A DNA stretch of 63,951 nt, the filler included, from Cercozoa sp. M6MM (lineage: Eukaryota > Protista > Endomyxa: Ascetosporea), in assembly GCA_040357565.1 (NCBI GenBank). It is 10 parts of 10 records of this genome, joined end to end, with 100 filler letters (N's around TTAATTAATTAA, not from the genome) between each part and the next. Parts side by side here need not be neighbours in the genome. Positions count along the whole stretch, not along the records: positions 50,824 to 54,371 come from JBDODJ010001409.1; positions 54,472 to 58,961 come from JBDODJ010001126.1; positions 59,062 to 63,951 come from JBDODJ010001028.1; 7 more parts are not named here. One strand, 5' to 3'. The notes beneath the pieces are model-generated. The model searched no databases. It worked only from the letters and a program-made list of their open reading frames with translations, and was not told where the DNA came from. Made by a program: the position numbers and the translations under genes. Shown here one piece after another: positions 51,802 through 63,951 of the stretch; position 1 is the first letter of the stretch, and every line of letters starts with the position of its first letter.

Positions 51802-52414
51802 TTAGACCACTCGGCCACCTGGACATATATGCAGCTTACAAGCCATTGAATGACTGCGTAGCAGCAAAGACACCTGTCTCTGGTTGGCACGTTCGAAGCG
51901 AGCCATGAATTCGAACGCATCTTCTTCTTCGTCTGCCACTTCATCTAACCTCGGCTCGCTGTCACTTTGACTGGACACCCCCATTGCACTTTCGCGAGTA
52001 TGCTCTTTGTCGAATCGATTCGATGCAAACTTGGACGGAGGGGCTCCTCGACGTCGTAGCTCTCCCGAAAGCGTTGTCGTCGAGCGTACAACTGAGCTTG
52101 CGCTTGTCGAGGAGTTCGGAAAATCGGCCGTTGATGTGACTCGCCTATCGCCGTAGCTTCGTATTCCAGTCCGTTTCTGTCCGTGCTTGTTTCATCAGTA
52201 TCGTGCTCTTCTTCGGTGGTCGAACTGTCCTGCGGACTTTCGTCCAAATCCGAGTTGGAAGAACTGTCCGTGTCCGTGCTGCTGCCATCTTCGCTCGAAC
52301 TGTCGGTGTTAAGCTCTTCTTCCATTTCTTGGCGCAGCATATCTTTAATTTAATATCGCATGCGAGGTTGTCGATCTCTTGCTCGACTCGTTTCAAGTGC
52401 TTTCGCATTCGCAC
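51802..52414 (-). CDS. possible hypothetical acidic protein (bounds uncertain)
   Basis: Overlapping ORF segments with a coiled-coil-like stretch and an S/D/E-rich stretch. Confidence 0.3.
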
Positions 52415-53234
52415 AACAAAGACCTGCGCCCTTAACCGCCTCTCGAACAGAGCACTGATATTTTTTATCGCTGCTGTTAATACCTTATCGCACAGTTTTG
52501 CAGCACCTGACTTTCGCCACGAAGCTAAGCACGGTTTCGCTGGTAGAAACAGAACTCAGAACCTCCAGCATGGCTTTTTCGCGCTCTATTGCATAACACA
52601 GCGCGTATGAATGCACACTTTGGATCGGAAAAGGCAATTACGGCAAAGCTGTTCACATGGCCCGCTTATAATTTGTGCCATACGGCTTAAGGTTCGTACT
52701 CCTGCGAGGCCATGTACTGCTTTCTACCCAGAGCGGATTTTCAGGCTTTGCTCGGGAACTCCCGTTTCCTACCGACAAACTTGTTCGCTTGGGACCAAAT
52801 TTAAAAGCCTGCAAGGCCTAAGCGAACTGCAGAACTCGCAGCGTTTCTGAGGGGTGTTTTGCTAAGGTTGAGAGCTGGTCACCTGACAATTGAGTGCTGC
52901 CTAGCTTGGCATACGTAAAGTCGCGAGCAGCAATTTCTGGAAGGCTGCGGAAACACATTTGTGTTAGCATCGAATTCAGTTGCTAGTCACGTCACATGAA
53001 GACCTTTGTGAACCGACCTTGAAGAAACGTCATCAAGCACGATCTTCGAAATCCGTCACGGCGCCCGGAGCGCCACAAACTCAATGTTCGGTTGACATTT
53101 CGAACTTGCTATTTTTCAATGTTGAGAGAGCGCCACAAACTCAATGTTGACATAGCTCTTCTTTCTCTCTTCGCTTGCTTCCCAACTGGTCTTCCTGGGT
53201 TTGATCCCCGCGGAGTCAGTCTGGCTGAAAAAAA

Positions 53235-54125
53235 CTAAAACTCCAGATCGTCCAGTTGGTCATCTAGCATGCGCTCAGACTGGTCGGCAGCACCCAGGAA
53301 AGTGAGCGTGTCGGGCTCGAAAAAGGCGCGATCACGGTGCGGCAGCAGTCGCTGGCCCACAGCGAGCACAGCGGCTACAGCCGAGTCGAGCACGTGTAAG
53401 GCCACGTGGGACGGTGCCACAGTGGGCACACACTGCGCCTGCACACGTGCCACCAGCGAGAGGCCGAACTTGAGAATGTTCTCGCAATTCTCCGCGAGAT
53501 TTCTGTCGTCGGAATTTTCGTGTTTTTGCTCGAGCTGCGCTTCCGCGCGTTCGCAGAGCCGCGCCGTGAGCGTCACCACTTCCGCCAGGAACAAGGGCAG
53601 GTCGGCGTCGGCCGCGAACATCGGCGACGTCCGCGCGGACGTCCGCGCGGACGCCAGGTCGTGCGCCAGGTGGCGTAGCAGCTGCTCCGCGCGGACCCAG
53701 GCGTCGGCGGCGTCGGCGGCTACCGCGCGCGAAAGTGCGCGCACGCAGTAGCGTCGGAACAGGTCGGTCTCTACCTCGTTTCTGGGGGGGGTAAAGGGGG
53801 GGGGGGTAGGGGGGGCAAAGCCAACACACGTGCCACAGAGCCGACGGAAGAGTTTCGACGGCAGCGTTTCTCCCGAGGCACAGTGCAGTCGCGAGGTCCG
53901 CGCGGACGCGAAGTGATCCTCGGCCAGCAGAATACCGAGGAGCGGCAGGAAGGCGCGGAAGACCTCGTTGGGCACCTCGGGGTACCTGGGCGCAGCCTTA
54001 ACTGTAGCCACCTGTCCGGCCTGTCGGGCCAGCAGCAGTGCGCCGACCAGGAAGCAGGCGAGAGGCGACTGCGCCGGCGTCTGGGTCCGTGTCTGCGCGA
54101 TGCACTCGGTTCTGCGCAGGTATGC
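53235..54125 (-). CDS. helical hypothetical protein, 3' part
   Basis: Two long GC-rich exons split by a C-rich intron (~53783-53835); ends DDQLDDLEF*. Confidence 0.6.
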   Translation of the reverse strand, partial: AYLRRTECIAQTRTQTPAQSPLACFLVGALLLARQAGQVATVKAAPRYPEVPNEVFRAFLPLLGILLAEDHFASARTSRLHCASGETLPSKLFRRLCGTCVGFAPPTPPPFTPPRNEVETDLFRRYCVRALSRAVAADAADAWVRAEQLLRHLAHDLASARTSARTSPMFAADADLPLFLAEVVTLTARLCERAEAQLEQKHENSDDRNLAENCENILKFGLSLVARVQAQCVPTVAPSHVALHVLDSAVAAVLAVGQRLLPHRDRAFFEPDTLTFLGAADQSERMLDDQLDDLEF

Positions 54126-54371
54126 CCCCTTCTTACCCCCCTGTTTACCCCCCCTTCGTACCCCCTCTTTTACCTCCCATTTTACACCCCCTTTTACCTA
54201 TCATTTTACCCCCCATTTTACCCCCCTCTTTACACCCCTTTTTGCATCCCTTTTTGCATCCCTCTTTACACTCTCTTTGCATCTTTTACACCCTTTTTGC
54301 ACTCTTTTACATTCTTACCCCTTTTTACCCCCCATTTTACCCCCCTTCTTACCCCTCATTTTACCCCCCCC
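54121..54371. repeat. degenerate (TTTACCCC)-like tandem tract
   Basis: Directly visible; related tracts at 128-170, 19675-19750, 51008-51085, 56135-56230, 58565-58635. Confidence 0.9.
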
Positions 54372-54471
54372 NNNNNNNNNNNNNNNNNNNNNNNNNNNNN
54401 NNNNNNNNNNNNNNNTTAATTAATTAANNNNNNNNNNNNNNNNNNNNNNNNNNNNNNNNNNNNNNNNNNNN

Positions 54472-54512
<41 letters not shown>

Positions 54513-54524
54513 TGCAGAGTGTGC

Positions 54525-55182
54525 TACCGTCGCACTCGCTGCAGTTGGTCGGGATAGCCGCAGAACACGTCGGTCAGTGTGTCGTCACGCAGGTACCGGC
54601 GGTGGCGTTTCTCCAGTGAGTGGCACATGGGACACGCGATCTGCACGTGCCCACTGGCGTGCAGCACCGTGTTGCGCAGACACGAGTGGCACATGCGGTG
54701 CATGCCGCTCTCTCTGCAGCACACACAATGCACTGTGTCATTATACTATATACATATATATATATATATATATATCAACAGAGATAGAGGGAACACACGC
54801 ATCGATGTGCATGCTGGCAGTGCGGTAGGCAGGCAGGCCAGTGTCGCCGCAGATGTCGCAGTCGAAACGGTGCTGGGGAAGCAGACGGAGCCACCACCAG
54901 GCGACCCAGTCAGACTCGCGCACTCGCCGCAAGGTGTGTGCCTGTCAGTCAGTACGCACCACTCTGCCTCTAGCTCTGGGACACGTGTGCGTGTGTACAA
55001 AAGGACAAAAGTACACGGAGTATCTTTCGCAGTTGCGCCAGTCGACGGCGCATGTTGGACCAGTGGAATGCGACTTGGCGCCGCATGCGGGCAGTGCTGA
55101 GTGACAAGGCCCCGATCACCACGACAGTAAACCACAGCGACAGCGGCACCAGCACCACAAGTTTCAGGATGAACCACGCCCA
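54525..55182 (-). CDS. membrane-anchored RING-finger protein, 5' part
   Basis: N-terminal TM MAWFILKLVVLVPLSLWFTVVVIGAL; FDCDIC...C...HRMCHSCL...IACPMC (C3HC4-like). Confidence 0.7.
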
Positions 55183-55472
55183 TCCCAGGATCTACAGAAC
55201 ACCAGCACTCAGCCTCCGACCATGAACGACCATGATTGAAGGGTTCAATAGCGCGAACTTACGGCACTCCAAATCGACGCCATTAATCGCTTTTGCTTGA
55301 CAGCGTCAGAACTAAGTTATACTATTTGTCAAATTTGTACTTTCTCTATCTAATCGTGCTACGAACAGCAAAAAATGCAAAAGTGCCCAGAATTTGCTGG
55401 CAACAGCTGATCGCATCCGTGCACACCGAAAACGAAGTCTTGCAGTGACACTTATACTCTATCAATCGAACG

Positions 55473-57298
55473 CTAACCGACCCGGTCAGCAGGTTCCTTG
55501 CGCGCACGGAGCACTCGTTTAAGTTCGCCAAGGAGTGCGAGCAGCACGGGCGCAAAGGCCGGGAGGAAGAAAGGCGCCATGACGGCGTAGGAGAAGTGCG
55601 TTGGGAAGTGCGCCGCCGGCAGCAGCGAGGCCTCTGTCTGGAGCGAAAGAGCCAGTCGGCGCGCCTCGCGTGCAGCCTCTATGGCTTCTCGCAGCGACAC
55701 TACAGGGTCGGTTATCTTCCAGGTTTGTATGTTGGGTGTCGAGTGTGTGCTGAGTGTGTGTACCTTGGTACGGGTACTGTGCCGAGACACGGAGGTACTG
55801 CATGCAGTGTTGAATGGACTGAGCCACCGTCTCAGGCACAGGCACATGTGATTCTTGCTGCAGCAGTCGCAGCAGACGGTTCAGTGCCTGCAGGGCATCC
55901 TGGTGCCACTCACGGTGCCAGTGGTGTCTGTGCATATCCACTCCGTCTACCCTTGTACCCTTATACCCTTAACTCCCCCTATAGGGATCGGTGTACACAG
56001 CAAGAGGCCAGCGCAGCCCACGCAGGTCGACTGAAGCAGCTGGAACGACTTGACTCAGCTGCTGGGTCGATGGTACTCCCAGCAATGTTCGCATCAGTCT
56101 TCGCACGCGCTGGTGCACCTGGTGCTGTTCCTCTAAGGGTGGGGGTAGTACAGGGGTAAAGGGACGGATATAGGGTGGGGTAAAGGGTGGGGTAAATGGT
56201 GGCTGTAGGGGTAGGAAAGTAAAGGGTAAGGACAGTGAGGGTTGAGAACATACCAGTCAAGAAGGAAACGTCATCGGCACTCACGATGGCTCCCCAACGA
56301 GGCACCAGGATCGTATCGCTTCGCCCTTCTCCTTCCTTGTTATTGTTATTGTGATTGTTTTTGTTTTTGCTATTGTTGTTGTTATTGTCATTGGTGTTGT
56401 CGTCGAGGAAACGCAGCGGTCGCTGCTCCCGTTTCGGCAGGTACACCAGCAGATTCAACGCGCGTGCCGAGTGCGTCATCGACTCTACCAGTTAGGGGTA
56501 AGGGGAGGAAGGGGGGGGGGGGGTAAGAAAGCTACCGAGGTTCCACTGCGTGCGGCCGACGAACTCGCTCAAATCTTCCGTGTCCAACACGAACTCGTCA
56601 GTTTCGGCGTACCGTGTCCTCCGCGCGGCCCGTGATGACAACGACCCAAAGAAACGCAACTGTGCGTCAGCTCGGATGCGGCCCAGACCACTCTGTTCGG
56701 CTAGTTTGACCACCGAGTCGACAGCGCGCAAGACCTTCGACACATCGGCCTGCTCACTGCGGGGAGGTAGGGGTAGAAGGGGTGTTGGGGTGGGGACAAA
56801 CTACGGCAAGTCAGACGGGTCCTCCAACAACACCGTGACAGCGACGTGCAGCGGAAATGGACGCATCGGAAGTGCAAGCGACATCGCACTCATCTGTCCA
56901 GTGTGCACGCATGAGTTACTCATGTGCAATGTGCCATTCGAAGACATACCGAGTCACAGTCGCTCTGAACGACAGTTGACAACTTTGCGAACTCTGTCGG
57001 TGTCAAGTCGTGTCCCAGTGCCGGGTCCTGCGAACGTACCAGGCGTTGGGTCACTCCTTGGGAGAGAAGTATTGTACCCGTTCGACATGCGGGTGTCTCA
57101 GACTCAGTTTTGACGTGTCCTACCTCAAACAGAAAGAAATACAGAAAGCGCTTAGATAAAACCTAAACTGCAAGCTACGGAGGGAAAACTCGCGCGCTTG
57201 ACGGCGCAGAAGTGCCAGAACGCCGCCACACACAGCAGACCAAACAGCAAGAAGTTGCCCAGAACTATTCGACTGACATGTGCCTTTTGTGATGCCAT
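55473..57298 (-). CDS. PIGS: GPI transamidase subunit PIG-S/Gpi17
   Basis: N-terminal TM ...AAFWHFCAVKRASFP; LNLLVYLP...PLRF; ILVPRWGAIV; SLLPAAHFPTHFSYAVMAPFFLPAFAPVLL. Confidence 0.88.
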
Positions 57299-57519
57299 TA
57301 CTGTAGTACGCCACGATAGAACACCATTAATTTTCTTGTGAGCACTGCATGGTGGGCGTGATCGAGCTTAAAAAATAAGTTATTCAGCACTCTTTTTCCA
57401 GTTTTGATAACGATCCAGACTTAGCCACGTGCAAATAAGGCGCAGACAAGTGTTACTACACTAAGGATTGCGAAAAGTCAGCGATCGGTGTTGCACGGCA
57501 GACCGTAGCTGAATGAGGC

Positions 57520-58961
57520 ATGGGAGTGTTCCTGTGTGTGCTGCTGTTGCTTTGTGCTGCTCAGCAGGTCCTCAGTGAGGTTAGTTGAGATTTTACAGCA
57601 ATATGCCCAGAAAGAGCGAAAATGAGGGCGCGATTTTCTCTCGGTGTTTGTTGCGTAGGATCTCCTGCCGTGTCACGACGGTGGCTCGGTCGACACGGAG
57701 TGTTTGGTGGCCAACACGACGTAGTTTTTTGCCCTGCCTTTTGCTGCCTTGTATCGTTACCCCTGCTTGGACAGACTAACGTTCAAGTTCAAGCGCACGC
57801 TGCTGCAGGGCAATGGAACGCTGCGACTGCAGAATGCGACTGTTGAGAGACTCAGCAACTGTCCTCAATCCAATGGCGCCAAACGTGACACGTACGCCTT
57901 TCTCACCTGTCCACTGTGTGTCCGCGCGGGTCCTACCGTGAGAAACGCTCGTGCAGACCGTGGTTGGCAACGGCGTACGAAGAGCAACCACTGACATACG
58001 ACGGTACTCTGTTGTTTTACCCCCTCTTTCACCCTCCCTTTTATCCGCTCGTCCCCGCTTTTACTCCCCCTTTAACCCCCCTGTAACCCCTTTCATTTAC
58101 TACCCCCCTTCCAGACTGCATGCTGGACCTGACGTTCGATTCGATAATTCTCGAGAAAGGCAGCGAGATCCTGGCTCCGTCTATTCGCATGTACGCAGCT
58201 TTTCTACGCTTTGATGTGCGTGTGTGTACGTATGTACAGGTATGTAGTTATTTAGGTATGTAGGTATGTATGTATGTATGTAAATTTATACATATTACAT
58301 ATATACATTTACATATCTACATATTACATATACATATCTACATATTACTTATACATATATACGTATACATATATACAGATATGCATACATACATACATAC
58401 ATCCATACTTATATACGCTCGACGAGGCATACATATGCACACATACATATGTGCGTACAGACGCGCAGAGACACTGCTGGAGATCGACGCCTCATCGAGT
58501 GTCAGTGCGTCCGGACGCGGTTCGCGCGACCCTGCGGCCAACGGCGGCGACGGCGCCAATGTGCGTTTACCCCCCTGTTTACCCCCCTGTTTACCCCCCT
58601 GTTTACCCCCCCGTTTACCCCCTCGTTTACCCCCGTGCCCAGGGCCTAGGCGGCTCGCACATCGGTCTGGGCAGCGCCGGGTGTCAGCACGAGCACGAGC
58701 AGGCACGTGCGGCACGCGACTTTTTCCCCTTCGACGGCGAGGTCTGGTGGAAGTCGGGCGGCAGCACCTCTGGTACTCCCTAAGTGTACACGTGCCGACT
58801 GGACGATCACAATCACTGATCGATCACTGTATCTAATGATCGATCATTGATCGCAGTCCTTAGCGGACGCGGCGGCGGACGCATCGCGATCGACGCGAAA
58901 CGCGAGTTTCGACTTTTCGGACACGTGCGTGCCGACGGCGTTCCTGGTAGCACCACCAGGG
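57520..58961 (+). CDS. secreted/surface glycine-rich protein resembling the plant At5g11700-type family, 5' part
   Basis: Signal peptide MGVFLCVLLLLCAAQQ; GGSVDTECLV, QGNGTLRL, GLGGSHIGLG, SGGSTS, GRGGGRIAI, GHVRADG. Confidence 0.6.
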
Positions 58962-59061
58962 NNNNNNNNNNNNNNNNNNNNNNNNNNNNNNNNNNNNNNN
59001 NNNNNTTAATTAATTAANNNNNNNNNNNNNNNNNNNNNNNNNNNNNNNNNNNNNNNNNNNN

Positions 59062-59191
<130 letters not shown>

Positions 59192-59213
59192 ATGTTGTCT
59201 GCGTTACCTGCAG

Positions 59214-59564
59214 GCCGACTGGGCCGAGCGCGAGTGCTACGACATGTTCGGCGTGTTCTTCCGCAACCACCCGGACCTGCGCCGCGTGCTCACGGACTAC
59301 GGCTTCGACGGTCACCCGCAGCGCAAGGACTTCCCGCTCACTGGCTACGAGGAAGTGCGCTACGATGACTGTACCACAGCCTCCATCTGTGCTCCCTTTG
59401 CCTTGGGGATCTGCCCTATGCCGATGTGCGTGCACAGCCAAGGGCCGCGTGGTCTACGAACCGCTCGAGGTGGCGCAGGAGTTCCGCAACTACGAGCACA
59501 CGACGCCGTGGTACAAGAGCAAGGCCGAGAACGAGGTGCCTCTCTCTCTCTCTCTCTCCTCCTG

Positions 59565-59662
<98 letters not shown>

Positions 59663-59739
59663 ATGTGCATGTGCATGTGCATGTGCATGTTTGTGCTGCG
59701 TAGCGCACGTTCGAGAAGGCGGCGCTCGAAACGGAGTAA
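59214..59739 (+). CDS. NDUFS3: complex I 30-kDa subunit NDUFS3/Nad9, nuclear and intron-containing, 3' part
   Basis: [52 protein letters not shown]|[24 protein letters not shown]. Confidence 0.97.
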
Positions 59740-60154
59740 TCCTCGTTCAGTTTTTTCAGTAGTTTTAGTAAGTTCAGTCGACTAAGAAACCAATCATGCG
59801 CGTGTGGCTTAATTTTCCTGTATTCCTAGAAGACTCAACTAACTAACTAATTTCCCCGTATGCGATGACTTATGGCTGATCGGATACTTGGCTGGCCTCA
59901 CTACTGGGCTGCGACCAGTGCGATGTGTTGTGCTTTTTCGTCGGCACGACAAGCTTGCACACTGGTTCGCTTAAGCTCGCTGAGTAGCACTGCGAAAGAA
60001 CCTGCTGTAGGACCGAAGAAGTTGAGTTACCAATCAACCAAGAACCCTTTCCGCGCTGCTGCAGGAAAATACCCACCGAAAATCCCATTCCGCGTCTAAA
60101 CTCCAAGCGAGACTTCGCTGATATGATCTAAGAGTTGTTTCAGCCGCTCATAAA

Positions 60155-60862
60155 ATGCTGAGACTCCTCCTCCTAACGCTGTGTATCAGTGTCACGATGG
60201 GCGGCAAGCTGCGACGAGCGCAGAAGAATCCAGTGTCCGAAGTGGTATCATTGATGGAAACTTAGCGAGACTGACCATGCCTTCTCTTCTGTTCTGTCAT
60301 TGATGTAGGTGAGGCTACTGACGAGTGAGATTGCTTCAACACGCACACAAGAGTACCCGGGCGAGTGCAGACTCCGCTGTCGTCGTGGACTGCTCTTGGT
60401 GCCTCAGTCCAAGCCAACAAGAAGTCAGTCGAACGATCATCCTGACATCAGTGACGATCTTGCAGTGTTCGCAGACGCATTAACGCGGCTAAACCGGTGC
60501 TACCGACGCTGTGGCATTGCGCAGCAGCACAAACAGCACTGCGACGACCAGCTGCGTCAGGACATTGACGACACGTGCACTCGGAAGTACGGCCCGCACA
60601 AAAAGAAGCACCGCAGTACGTTTGACACGCTTCTGTTTGATTAAGCGTGCTTTACCTGGCAGTATGTGCATTTATGGGTAGCTTAGTGCGCCAGCTGCAG
60701 GAGTGCGTCCAGAAAGGCGACATGCTGGTGCACGACACTCGGCGCGACTGCACGGGCTACCTCCTGCAGCAGCGGCACGCGTGCCAGTGCATCGGCGACA
60801 GAAGCAGTGACGACTTTCGCCGGCCGCCTGTGTCCTTCCCTGACTCAGAAAACTTAAATTAG
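60155..60862 (+). CDS. group XII secretory phospholipase A2-like protein lacking the His-Asp dyad
   Basis: Signal peptide MLRLLLLTLCISVTMG; ECRLRC, LTRLNRCYRRCG...KQHCDDQL...C...EC...CTGYLLQQRHACQC has PLA2G12-type Cys spacing. Confidence 0.7.
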
Positions 60863-61211
60863 TACAGTAAGACGGTGCATCCGCCAGAGGTCAGTTCAGA
60901 TTAAGGTAGGTTTGGTCGTTTCTCGGCGCCATGACGGACACTGTAAGTATAGCATATTGCTGACTGACCTTCGAGTCGCCTCTATCCGGAAACTCTACGA
61001 GTTCACTCACATGAACGTGGGTGAAAACCAACCGATCACGAGGTATACTAAATTTATCATACCCACGTCACCGGTCTTTGCTGCTTTCGGACTTTGACTT
61101 TGGCCATCGGATTAAGCCTGATGGTGTACCGAGACTCGTGTTACAGGCACACGTACGCACCGCTGTGCCTAAAGAAACCCTTTCGAATTGACACTAGTGC
61201 CGCCGAAAGGA

Positions 61212-62195
61212 ATGAACCAAATGCAAACTCATCATCAACCGAATGGCCCAGCTGATAGCGATGATGAGTTTGTACCACTTCAACTCTCAGATTCGCTCAT
61301 TGCGCCAACGTGGCTTCGACAAAGTGAGGTACCTCACACTTCTAGCTACTGGTGTTTTATATTTTATCTCTACACACCCTGGATTATCACTGTGCTTTGT
61401 GATTCAGTTGCTCGACGATGCTAAACTTGGGCGCACAGTGTTTGGTGCCCAGTACCAAAGCGACCGAACTGTAACGAAACTTGTGTTGACACGCGAGATA
61501 CCAACCGAATTGTAAATATCACTCATCTTCATATACAATGAGGAATTCTGGAAGGCTTACGAAGTTGTACACCTGCAAATTGTGACAGTGTCAAAGCATT
61601 TCTAAGCGAGACCAACAAGAGCAAAATGTTCGATCAAAAGAGTGAAGAGACGGTTTTGATCGTAGTACCTGTCTCTGCGGTCGAACAACGCGGCACTGCG
61701 ACACTGTACCAAGACCTGTGCTACCTGTGCGGCGCAGCTCCATTTGCAGATCGTGTTCGTCTCACGCTGGATCATTTCGGACCATTCGCGGACAACTTTC
61801 AGCCGTGCAGGTAACGATACAGTGACTGCACAGTGTTAATTCAGTGAGCATGTTTTTCGGTACTCCTCGCAACATTAATGAGTAGGACAAGGGTGCTGAC
61901 GGCGATTGCCGAGCTCTTAGCAAAACAGGTTGTCCTCAAGCTTCGAGAGGCGGTATGGGTTCACATTCACATTCGCTCGAATCAAAAATCCAAGCAGTTA
62001 CCTTCGATAACAATTGAGCCCAAAAGATACTTCAACGTCGCCGCAACTGGCTTCGAGCAGGCAAAAGAAGCCGTCATGATTGAAATGCGCGAGATCTTGC
62101 AGCACCGCCACTGCTTGTATCCCACTGAAATCCGAACAACAACTGAGCTTCGCCAAGGAATCACAGTGCTTCAGTGGGAAATTGTCTTTCCGTAA
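61212..62195 (+). CDS. hypothetical multi-exon protein (start uncertain)
   Basis: Successive plus-strand exon-like ORFs ending QWEIVFP*. Confidence 0.4.
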
Positions 62196-62634
62196 CTGTG
62201 ACACACCCCAAGAGCGCCGTCTCAACTTTCTTGAGTTAATTTAAGAAGCACTCTGCGGTTCTCCATCGCATCTACTGAGACACCTCGTCTCATTCTCTAG
62301 ATAGTGCGGAGTCCGCGCGGATCCATGCCCGCTCGGGACAGTCTGACCCTCGAAGATAACGGTACGTTGTCCGGTGAGTCATTAGCGCAGTGTCGTTTGT
62401 CAGTGTGAATACTAAGTTTAGAGGCCAGTATCCTGTAAATCTAGTGCCAATGTGGTCGGGTTTAACTGCCACATTTCGTGCTCCAAATTGCCGGTGAACA
62501 ACCCTTCTCGCTCTAACTCAGCGGCAATTTCGAGCACGAAGACAAGAGCGAGCACGAAGACAAGAGTAACTGTAGTTAACCGTAACGTTGCCGCGTGCAC
62601 GTGCAGGGTCCGGACTGGGCGAGGACGAGGTGAC

Positions 62635-63933
62635 TCAGGAGGCAAGTCGCGCCACAGCAGCGGCGCGCTGTCGCTCCTGCGGCGTCACGGGCAGCGCGTC
62701 CAGCTGCACCAGCTGCGGCAGACGCGACAAGACGCGGCGGCGGTACTTGTCGCGTTCCTGGCCTTGGATCGGGTTGCGCTCCAGGTACAGCTCTGTGAGG
62801 TTCGGCAGCTACACACATTATATACTTAATATGTGTGTGTGCGAGTGTATATTTCGACTAAATATAACATAGATATTGAGCCCATACTGAGCCGAAAGGC
62901 TACCTGAGCCAGGAGATCGAGAATACGCCAGTCGGAGATATCGTTGTCGTTGAGCCAGAGCTGTTCCAGACTGCGCAATGTCGGCAGCACTGCCCGGAGA
63001 GAGGGGGTAGAGAGAGAGGGTAGGGAGAGGGTGGATAGGATACCCTCGAAGAGTCCGTCGGAGATGTGATTGGCAGCCAGGTCGAGCACGCGCAGTGAGT
63101 GCGCGCACGTGGCCAGTGACTCGGCGGAGAAACGCTGCACTCGGTTGTGCGACAGGTAGAGCTCCTGCAGCGACGGCAGTTGTGTCAACTGCAGCGACGT
63201 CAGACGGTTCGACTGCGCCGACAGCACGCGCAGCGACGGCAGTTCGCACACACCTGCACATTGCTTAAGGGGGAGGGACACTTATTAAGGGACACTTATT
63301 AAGGGGCACTTAATAAGGGGCACTTCATAAGGGGCACTTATTGAGGGACACTTAGTAAGGGGGTGCCATCATTAAAGGGGTGGTATATCTTAGAGACAGA
63401 CTGACCATCAAGCGACTCGAGTTTGTTGCGGCCCACCCACAGCTGCAACACAAGCGAGAGTTGCACTTTACCCCCCAGTTTACCCCCCCCCCAGTTTAGC
63501 CCCCCCTTAAATACCTCGGTGAGCGAGGGACAGGCGGCGAGATTCGCGTGCTGCAGCGAGCGCAGTCGGTTGTCGCCGAGTTCGAGTACCTGCAGTGTCT
63601 CTGCTCGAACAAGGTAGGTACAGACAGGTCGAGGTAGTAGGCACGCCAAGGCAGTAGGCACGCCAAGACAGTAGAGACCTGACAGGGTTGTTCAGGCAGT
63701 ACCTGGCAGCAGGACGCCAAAGTCGTCGGGCAGCGCGCGCAATTTGCAGTGAATCAGAAACACGCGCTCCAGTCGCCGCATCGCTCGCAGCATGGCTGGC
63801 TACACACACCATGTCCCTGGTACCGTACAAACGGACAGGTCCAGACTGGTAGATATGGACTGCTTTGTGTACATTAAGGCGGCGGATATCGTTGAAACTC
63901 GCGTCCAGGATACGCAGCGTGTCGCCCACCGCT
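62635..63933 (-). CDS. SDS22: SDS22/PPP1R7-like LRR protein, 3' part
   Basis: LRILDASFNDIRR, LQVLELGDNRLR, LWVGRNKL, LRVLSAQSNRL, LQELYLSHN, LEQLWLNDN, LYLERNPI...YRRRVLSRLPQLVQLDA (LRR cap). Confidence 0.88.
63277..63362. repeat. intronic ~13-14-bp minisatellite (gacacttattaagg)
   Basis: About six degenerate units in an SDS22 intron. Confidence 0.9.
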
Positions 63934-63951
63934 GCATGTAGGGGGGGGGGG

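Noticed and set aside
53069-53148. 20-bp direct repeat agcgccacaaactcaatgtt x2, CRISPR-like spacing
   Set aside because: Only two copies, eukaryotic context, no cas genes
53195-53220. gggtttgatccccgcgg resembling a tRNA T-arm/B-box
   Set aside because: No cloverleaf, D-arm or acceptor stem could be formed
56336-56400. Poly-Asn insert in PIG-S
   Set aside because: Ordinary trinucleotide expansion in a variable loop

Overview
Intron-rich nuclear DNA of an unidentified protist. It is a concatenation of ten short contigs/scaffolds joined by artificial 100-bp spacers (N44-TTAATTAATTAA-N44), so adjacency across spacers means nothing biologically. The six-frame ORF track is mostly microsatellite and antisense noise; genes were rebuilt by manual splicing of short (mostly ~50-75 nt) GT-AG introns. 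Recognisable genes: TKL kinase 3' end, DXO/Rai1-like nuclease with zinc fingers, WDR83/MORG1, SPT4 with an unusual tail, an AGC-like kinase, RAD1, UTP13/TBL3 (5' part), DPH2 (3' part), an LRR-Cys-rich-multipass receptor, a beta-propeller glyco-enzyme, GatB, an ankyrin protein, glycerol kinase with a mitochondrial-type presequence, WDR74/NSA1, a membrane RING protein, PIG-S, a glycine-rich secreted protein, nuclear NDUFS3/nad9, a catalytically altered group XII PLA2-like protein and SDS22. No rRNA, tRNA, CRISPR or intact transposon was seen. Best leads: a GTAC (+4C, weak +5G) 5' splice-site preference, the Spt4 acidic/GRGK tail, the DXO-CCCH fusion and strand-biased intronic repeats. All family calls come from motif recognition by eye; no searches were run.
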